Source of the DNA: Bacteroidota bacterium
GTDB taxonomy: Bacteria > Bacteroidota > Bacteroidia > B-17B0 > Aurantibacillaceae
Assembly: GCA_016711805.1 (NCBI GenBank)
Contig: JADJSH010000010.1
Coordinates: forward strand, 1-64,000
Reading direction: 5' to 3'
Length of the DNA: 64,000 bases
Shown here: positions 58,652 through 64,000 of the stretch, piece after piece
Layout of the letters: every line of letters starts with the position of its first letter
Position numbering within the stretch: the first letter of the stretch is position 1
The notes under the pieces: model-generated
What the model was told of the DNA's origin: nothing
Database searches by the model: none
Seen by the model: only the letters and a program-made list of their open reading frames with translations
Made by a program: the position numbers and the translations under genes

Positions 58652-59677
58652 CTAATTCCTAGAAATAATAGAGGTTGGTAACACAATTTTTTTAACGCTA
58701 GAGTTATTATCCTTATCGTCGATTAATTGTAATGCTAGGTTAGCTGCTTCAATACCTATTTGCTCTACCGGTTGAGATACCGAAATAATATTTGGTTTCA
58801 CAAAATCAAATAAGCTGATATCATCAAAAGAAGCGAATAAAACGCCTTCTTTTTTGGCATCAAAACCAATCTCGTTAAACACATTTAAGCATGCTGTTGC
58901 AATATGGTTATTCAACGTATAAATTGCATCAATTTTATTAGATTGCTTTAAACGTTTTAATAGTTTCTCTCTCACGTCCTTCTGGATATTATTGAAAGAA
59001 ATTTCCATCAGATTTTCGTCTTTAAATTGAATATCATATTTCTTTAAAGCATCTTTATAACCTTTAATACGTTCTGTTAAAGAACTGATGTGAGAAGGCG
59101 TAATATTTAATGCTAAAATATTTTTGCAGCCTTTATGAATTAATAAATCAGTTAATTCAAAAGAACCTTGATAGTTGTTAGCAACAACATAATTAGATTC
59201 AATATCTGGCAAGTAACGATCAATAAATACAATAGGAAAATTACGTAAACGCTCTTTCTTAAAATATTCACCTGATGTATTGGTAGTTGCAATAATTAAT
59301 CCATCAATCATGTGTTGTTCGGCAAATAAACTAATTAACTTCTCTTCTCTCTCTACATTCTCATCTGTACTGCAAATCATTAAATTATAACCTTTTGCGG
59401 CTAATTCTTTTTCAACATACTTCGCGATGTTAGAATAAAAAGGATTGGAAATATCGGCTACTAACAATCCAATTAAATGACTTTTACCTGTTCTCAAAGC
59501 ACGCGCAAACACGTTAGGCGTATATTCCATTTCTCCAGCCTTAGCTAACACTTTTTCTTGTGTTTTTTTACTAATGCCGTAAGCATCGCCTTTGCCGTTA
59601 ATAACCATTGATACTAATGTTTTTGATACATTAAGTTCTTTAGCTATATCTTCTAATAATGTTTTTTTAATACCCAT
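58652..59677 (-). CDS. LacI family transcriptional regulator
   Basis: N-terminal HTH (KKTLLEDIAKELNVSKTLVSMVING) and periplasmic-binding-fold sugar domain. Confidence 0.85.
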   Translation of the reverse strand: MGIKKTLLEDIAKELNVSKTLVSMVINGKGDAYGISKKTQEKVLAKAGEMEYTPNVFARALRTGKSHLIGLLVADISNPFYSNIAKYVEKELAAKGYNLMICSTDENVEREEKLISLFAEQHMIDGLIIATTNTSGEYFKKERLRNFPIVFIDRYLPDIESNYVVANNYQGSFELTDLLIHKGCKNILALNITPSHISSLTERIKGYKDALKKYDIQFKDENLMEISFNNIQKDVREKLLKRLKQSNKIDAIYTLNNHIATACLNVFNEIGFDAKKEGVLFASFDDISLFDFVKPNIISVSQPVEQIGIEAANLALQLIDDKDNNSSVKKIVLPTSIISRN

Positions 59678-59769
59678 GAGTGTTTAATTTATAACTTGTC
59701 TAAACAAATATAACGAATTCTAAATAAGTTTAGATTATTTTTCTAAATTATTTAGTGAAAGTGAGGCTC

Positions 59770-59848
59770 CCTCATCCACGACCCTTCTCCCTCATGGAGA
59801 AGGGAGCGCTTCCCTCTCCCTGAGGGAGAGGGATTGAGGGTGAGGGTT
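59770..59848. repeat. GC-rich palindromic element (perfect 9-bp stem CCCTCTCCC-TGA-GGGAGAGGG with flanking CCCTC/GAGGG repeats)
   Basis: ctccctcatccacgacccttctccctcatggagaagggagcgcttccctctccctgagggagagggattgagggtgaggg, in a ~33% GC background. Confidence 0.5.
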
Positions 59849-60456
59849 TAAACCAAATCCTTAATTACCTGTAAAATAGCAGGGTACGTATTTGAAATAA
59901 CATGTTCCTTAATTTGAGCTTTATTAAACCACTCTACTCTTTCAATACTTTCCTCCAATTGCGGCACCAAAGTGCCTTCATGCTTGGTTGTCATACTATA
60001 CCAATATGTTTTCTTAAGTGCATAAGCACCTTTATGAGGATAAATATGATACGTTGGTTCTAAAGTTTTAGTAATGGTTAATTGTGTAATACCACATTCT
60101 TCTTCACATTCTCTAATGGCTGCTTCTTCCGGACCTTCTCCCATATCTAATTTACCTTTTGGTAAATCCCAACGTTTTAATCTAAATATGAATAAAAACG
60201 AGTCACCTTTTTCAATTAATCCACCAGCAGCGTAAATGTATTTAAATGCTTTTCTGAATTTCTCGAGTCCGTTTTCTAAATTTTCGGTTTCAAAAGTTAA
60301 TAAAGTTTCCGAAGGTTCATCTGCAAATTTAACAAATTCATCTAGTATTTCTGATTTTTTTAAGGCGTCTAAATTTTTAAATGACTGATTTTCTGTACTT
60401 TGATTTTTTTGCTGAAGAATAATTTTTTTCGACAAATAATATATAGTGATGTTCAT
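59848..60456 (-). CDS. NUDIX hydrolase
   Basis: Nudix box GKLDMGEGPEEAAIRECEEECGI. Confidence 0.8.
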   Translation of the reverse strand: MNITIYYLSKKIILQQKNQSTENQSFKNLDALKKSEILDEFVKFADEPSETLLTFETENLENGLEKFRKAFKYIYAAGGLIEKGDSFLFIFRLKRWDLPKGKLDMGEGPEEAAIRECEEECGITQLTITKTLEPTYHIYPHKGAYALKKTYWYSMTTKHEGTLVPQLEESIERVEWFNKAQIKEHVISNTYPAILQVIKDLV

Positions 60457-60502
60457 AATTTGATGTGTTTTATACTGTAAATACTGCTATTTTTGACGCC
60501 CT

Positions 60503-61147
60503 ATGACAATGACACCATTTGATGCCGCGCATAAAGTTGCCGAATTTTTATTACAAATCAAAGCAATTAAACTTCAACCAGAACAACCATTTACTTGGGC
60601 TTCGGGTTGGAAATCACCTATTTACTGCGACAACCGCAAAACATTATCTTATCCACAAATTAGAACTTATATCCGTCAACAATACGTTAACGTGATTAAT
60701 GAACAGTTTGGGAAACCAGATGTGATTGCTGGTGTAGCAACAGGAGGAATTGCACAAGGCGCTTTAATTGCACAAGATATGGGTTTGCCATTTGTGTATG
60801 TGCGTAGCGAAGCAAAAAAACATGGCTTAACTAACATGGTGGAAGGTGTTGTTGAAAAAGATCAAAGCGTAGTAGTCATTGAAGATTTAATTTCAACTGG
60901 CGGAAGCAGTATTAAAGCAGTAGATGCTTTGCGTGAACAAGGCTGTAATGTAAAAGGTATGGTTGCCATTTTCACTTATGGTTTTGATGAAGCTACTGAA
61001 AATATGAAAAAAGCCAATTGTGCTTTAACTACCTTATGCGATTATAACACCTTAATTGAAGTGGCTTTAAAACACAAATACATTAATGAAGCAGATTTAG
61101 AGCCATTAAAACAATGGAGAGAAAGTCCTTCAACCTGGAAACAATAA
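60503..61147 (+). CDS. pyrE: orotate phosphoribosyltransferase
   Basis: PRPP-binding motif VVVIEDLISTGGS; OPRT-type N-terminal hood. Confidence 0.9.
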   Translation: MTMTPFDAAHKVAEFLLQIKAIKLQPEQPFTWASGWKSPIYCDNRKTLSYPQIRTYIRQQYVNVINEQFGKPDVIAGVATGGIAQGALIAQDMGLPFVYVRSEAKKHGLTNMVEGVVEKDQSVVVIEDLISTGGSSIKAVDALREQGCNVKGMVAIFTYGFDEATENMKKANCALTTLCDYNTLIEVALKHKYINEADLEPLKQWRESPSTWKQ

Positions 61148-61156
61148 TTTATACTC

Positions 61157-61555
61157 TTGGCTCATTTTAGCATACTAAGCGAAACTCATTCTGCAAAATC
61201 ATCAACAGATACGTTGTTTGATTTTATGGGTGATTTCAACAATTTCAAACATTTATTACCAGAAGATAAAATTCAAGATTTTGAATGTACCTCCGAACAA
61301 TGTTCATTTGGTATTAAAGGTTTAATGCCTTTAACTATAAAAATTAAGGAACGTTTACCAAAATCTCGTATTACTTTTGAAACGACAGGTATTGCAAAAT
61401 TTGTGTTTACATTACATATTCATTTGTTAGAAAATCAACAAACTAATGTTGAGTTAGAAGGCGACATGAATGCATTTCTCAAAGCCATGGCTGAAAAACC
61501 TTTGCGAGAATTGGTAAATACAATGTCTAGTAAATTAGCGGCTTTAACTGTTTAG
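61157..61555 (+). CDS. hypothetical protein (possible SRPBCC-like fold), TTG start
   Basis: 132 aa, no diagnostic motif. Confidence 0.35.
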   Translation: MAHFSILSETHSAKSSTDTLFDFMGDFNNFKHLLPEDKIQDFECTSEQCSFGIKGLMPLTIKIKERLPKSRITFETTGIAKFVFTLHIHLLENQQTNVELEGDMNAFLKAMAEKPLRELVNTMSSKLAALTV

Positions 61556-61623
61556 TGCAATACTCTTGTCACCGCAACAAGACTTCACAAATCCTTCATA
61601 CATTTACTATCTAAACATACATC

Positions 61624-61917
61624 ATGAATAACTTCAAAATAAACGTTACCATTCAATTATTGCCTACAAAATGTACTGCAGACAAAATTGAATTAATTGA
61701 TAGAGCTATTGCCTGCATTAAAGAATCAAAACTAAAACATTTGGTTTGTCCGTTTGAAACCGTTGTTGAAGGAACCTATAAAGAAATTTTTGATTTAGTC
61801 GATAAAATCAGAACAACTACTTTGAACAATGGATGCGAAGAATTATTAATTAATATGAAAATGCATGCTGGTAATAAAGATTTATTTTTTGAAGATAAGT
61901 TGGTGAAGTATTCGTAA
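61624..61917 (+). CDS. MTH1187/YkoF-like (DUF77) thiamine-binding family protein
   Basis: 97 aa; pattern INVTIQLLP...V.P.ETVVEG characteristic of the DUF77 family. Confidence 0.5.
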   Translation: MNNFKINVTIQLLPTKCTADKIELIDRAIACIKESKLKHLVCPFETVVEGTYKEIFDLVDKIRTTTLNNGCEELLINMKMHAGNKDLFFEDKLVKYS

Positions 61918-61921
61918 AAGT

Positions 61922-62003
61922 TCCCGCAGATATCGCAAATGTCCGCAGATTTTTATTCGCTAAACTTCATCTGCGTTAATCCGCGAAATTTGCGGGAGAT
62001 AAA
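61922..62003. promoter_or_regulatory. cluster of inverted repeats (CCCGCA/TGCGGG arms) between the DUF77 gene and the CCA-adding enzyme gene
   Basis: ttcccgcagatatcgcaaatgtccgcagat ... atctgcgttaatccgcgaaatttgcgggaga; the outer arms TCCCGCA(g)AT / AT(t)TGCGGGA are inverted. Confidence 0.4.
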
Positions 62004-62030
62004 TTCAAAAAATACCCTTACTTTTACTAA

Positions 62031-63424
62031 GTGGACAAGCATTTAACTCATCCTATATTTAAAACCATTGCCGATTGCGCTAATCAGTTGGGTGTTGACG
62101 CCTATGTGATTGGTGGTTTTGTGCGTGATATTTATTTAGGAAGAGATAGTAAAGACATTGATGTAGTTACTATTGGTAAAGGCATTGAATTAGCTGAATT
62201 AGTTCACAAACAATTAGGAGAAGAAGCACACCTTTCTGTGTTTAAAAATTTTGGTACAGCGCAAGTTAAAATCAATGATTTAGAAATTGAATTTGTAGGT
62301 GCTCGAAAAGAATCTTATAACCGCGATTCTCGCAAACCTATTGTTGAAGACGGTACTTTAGAGAACGATCAAGATAGAAGAGATTTTACCATTAATGCTT
62401 TGGCAATTGGGTTAAGTAAATCTAATTTCGGGAAATTATTAGACCCATTTAATGGTGTTGGAGATATTGAAAACAAAATACTTCGTACTCCTTTAGAACC
62501 TGAAGTTACATACAGTGACGATCCATTACGCATGATGCGCGCCATTCGTTTTTCATCACAGTTAGGATTCACAATTGAAAAAGAATCGTTAGATGCCATT
62601 TCAAAAAATAAAGCTCGCATAAGTATTGTTTCTAAAGAACGCATTACGGATGAATTAAATAAAATCATCCTCTCTCCTATTCCATCTGTTGGGTTTAAAT
62701 TATTATTTGATACAGGTTTATTGCATTTAATTTTTCCTGAAATGGTCAAATTATATGGAGTAGAAACCATTAATGGCAAATCGCATAAAGATAATTTTTA
62801 CCATACCTTAGAAGTATTAGATAACACCGCAAAAAAGAGTAATAACTTATGGTTGCGTTGGGCTGCTATTTTACATGATATTGCAAAACCTGCCACCAAA
62901 CGTTTTGAACCTGAGCATGGCTGGACTTTCCACGGCCATGAAGATAAAGGTGCTCGAATGGTACCGAAAATATTTGAAAACCTACGCTTACCTTTAAACG
63001 AAAAAATGAAGTACGTGCAAAAGTTAGTACTCCTTCATTTACGTCCCATTGTATTAGCCAAAACAGAAATATCTGATAGCGCCGTGCGCCGTGTTTTATT
63101 TGAAGCTGGCGATGATGTTGATGATTTAATGGCTTTATGCGAAGCAGATATCACTACAAAAAATCCAAATAAAGTAAAACGCTATTTACAGAACTTCGAG
63201 TTAGTTCGTGAGAAACTAAAAGAACTTGAAGAGAAAGATAAAATTCGTAATTGGCAACCACCAGTGAGTGGTGAAGAGATTATGGAGATATTTAATTTAA
63301 CGCCTTGCAAAAAAGTAGGTGATTTAAAAATGCTTTAAAAGATGCAATTTTAGATGGTATAATACCTAATGAGCGCGAAGCTGCTTTGTTATTTTTGAAA
63401 GATAAATCGCAGGAGTTAATTTAA
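62031..63424 (+). CDS. CCA tRNA nucleotidyltransferase / poly(A) polymerase family protein with HD domain, C-terminus displaced by a 1-nt deletion in an A-run (probable assembly error)
   Basis: Polymerase-beta head motif GGFVRD...DIDV, HD domain. The ORF stops at 63338, but adding one A to the A5 run at 63326-63330 continues as ...GDLKNALKDAILDGIIPNEREAALLFLKDKSQELI-stop (63424), the conserved C-terminus of this family. Confidence 0.8.
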
Positions 63425-63440
63425 TTTTATGATTGATAAT

Positions 63441-63650
63441 GCGGACCTCCTTTTTACCCTGCGTACAAAAAAAGTAAACAATGCCTCAATCCCTCACGCA
63501 AATTTTACTTTTAAATTGAAACTTATGCTTCGATCTTACAAAGAGCCAGCGTTAGGGATTGTAGTGAAAATCCTATTACGGAACAAAGTGAAGTAAAAGA
63601 TTGCAACGAAAAGCCCGACCATCCAGCTGGCGGGAACGCCCAAATCATAA
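63441..63650. repeat. intergenic repeat family A copy (diverged)
   Basis: hairpin CAATCCCTCACGC(loop)GCGTTAGGGATTG; right end AAAAGATTGCAACGAAAAGCCCGACC...GGGAACGCCC. Confidence 0.55.
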
Positions 63651-64000
63651 AGACAAAGTATGCTTAGTGTCTGGTAACACATTACTCATGTTCCACTCTA
63701 ATCGTTTTATAAAATCATTTGTTCTCACTTTGCAATCTTTCATTTCGCAAATGGAGCAAGACTTAGGTAAACAAGGATCGGCATGAATAAAAAATTCGAT
63801 TTCATGGCTAAATTCGGTAGTAGCTAATTTATCTAAATCATCTACTTCTTTATGTGATTCTTCTAAAGTATAATACCAAGGCAAAGTCATGTGGCAATCT
63901 ACATGAACAACTGAACCATATTTTACAACACGAAGATTATGAATATCAATCCAACTTGGATTGCGCTTCGTATTCAATACAGCAATTAAATGTTCAATCT
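63645..64000 (-). CDS. cation diffusion facilitator (CDF) family transporter, C-terminal cytoplasmic domain (5' end off-window)
   Basis: ...IEHLIAVLNTKRNPSWIDIHNLRVVKYGSVVHVDCHMTLP resembles the CDF C-terminal domain; the reading frame continues past the window end. Confidence 0.45.
   Translation of the reverse strand, partial: IEHLIAVLNTKRNPSWIDIHNLRVVKYGSVVHVDCHMTLPWYYTLEESHKEVDDLDKLATTEFSHEIEFFIHADPCLPKSCSICEMKDCKVRTNDFIKRLEWNMSNVLPDTKHTLSL

Noticed and set aside
2891-63650. Possibility that the dispersed repeats form a CRISPR array
   Set aside because: Copies are 7-40 kb apart, of variable length and in both orientations, with no regular repeat-spacer periodicity. No cas genes are present.

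Overview
This is an AT-rich chromosomal segment of a Bacteroidetes genome, most likely Flavobacteriia. The evidence is three proteins with type IX secretion (T9SS) C-terminal sorting domains, Bacteroidetes TAnnTTTG -7 promoter motifs and near-absence of Shine-Dalgarno sequences. Most of the window is housekeeping: tmRNA (ssrA), the thrS-infC-rpmI-rplT cluster, prfA, pyrF, pyrE, ndk, lpdA, maeB, dcp, a DEAD-box helicase, mtgA and a CCA-adding enzyme. The more unusual content is: (1) a T9SS-secreted protein carrying an unmistakable lysyl-oxidase (LOX) copper-amine-oxidase catalytic domain; (2) a 1285-aa single polypeptide fusing an MMPL/RND-like exporter, an LPLAT acyltransferase and a SAM methyltransferase, next to a YceI protein; (3) a tandem array of four small, divergent 4-Cys lipoprotein paralogs beside a MauE/DoxX-thioredoxin fusion; (4) a 1178-aa periplasmic beta-propeller sensor with a PAS domain and a PP2C (SpoIIE) phosphatase output, plus an orphan SiaC-like (DUF1987) protein; (5) at least three families of structured intergenic repeats (MITE/REP-like), one of which (24-bp GC-rich palindromic arms) occurs as two identical ~86-bp copies flanking a small GIY-YIG nuclease gene, an arrangement resembling a REPtron-like unit. 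Four genes (thrS, maeB, a CPBP protease, the CCA-adding enzyme) are each split by a single-base deletion inside a homopolymer run, which points to systematic homopolymer under-calling in the assembly rather than real pseudogenes. No CRISPR array, rRNA or standard tRNA was found; the only stable RNA gene is the tmRNA.
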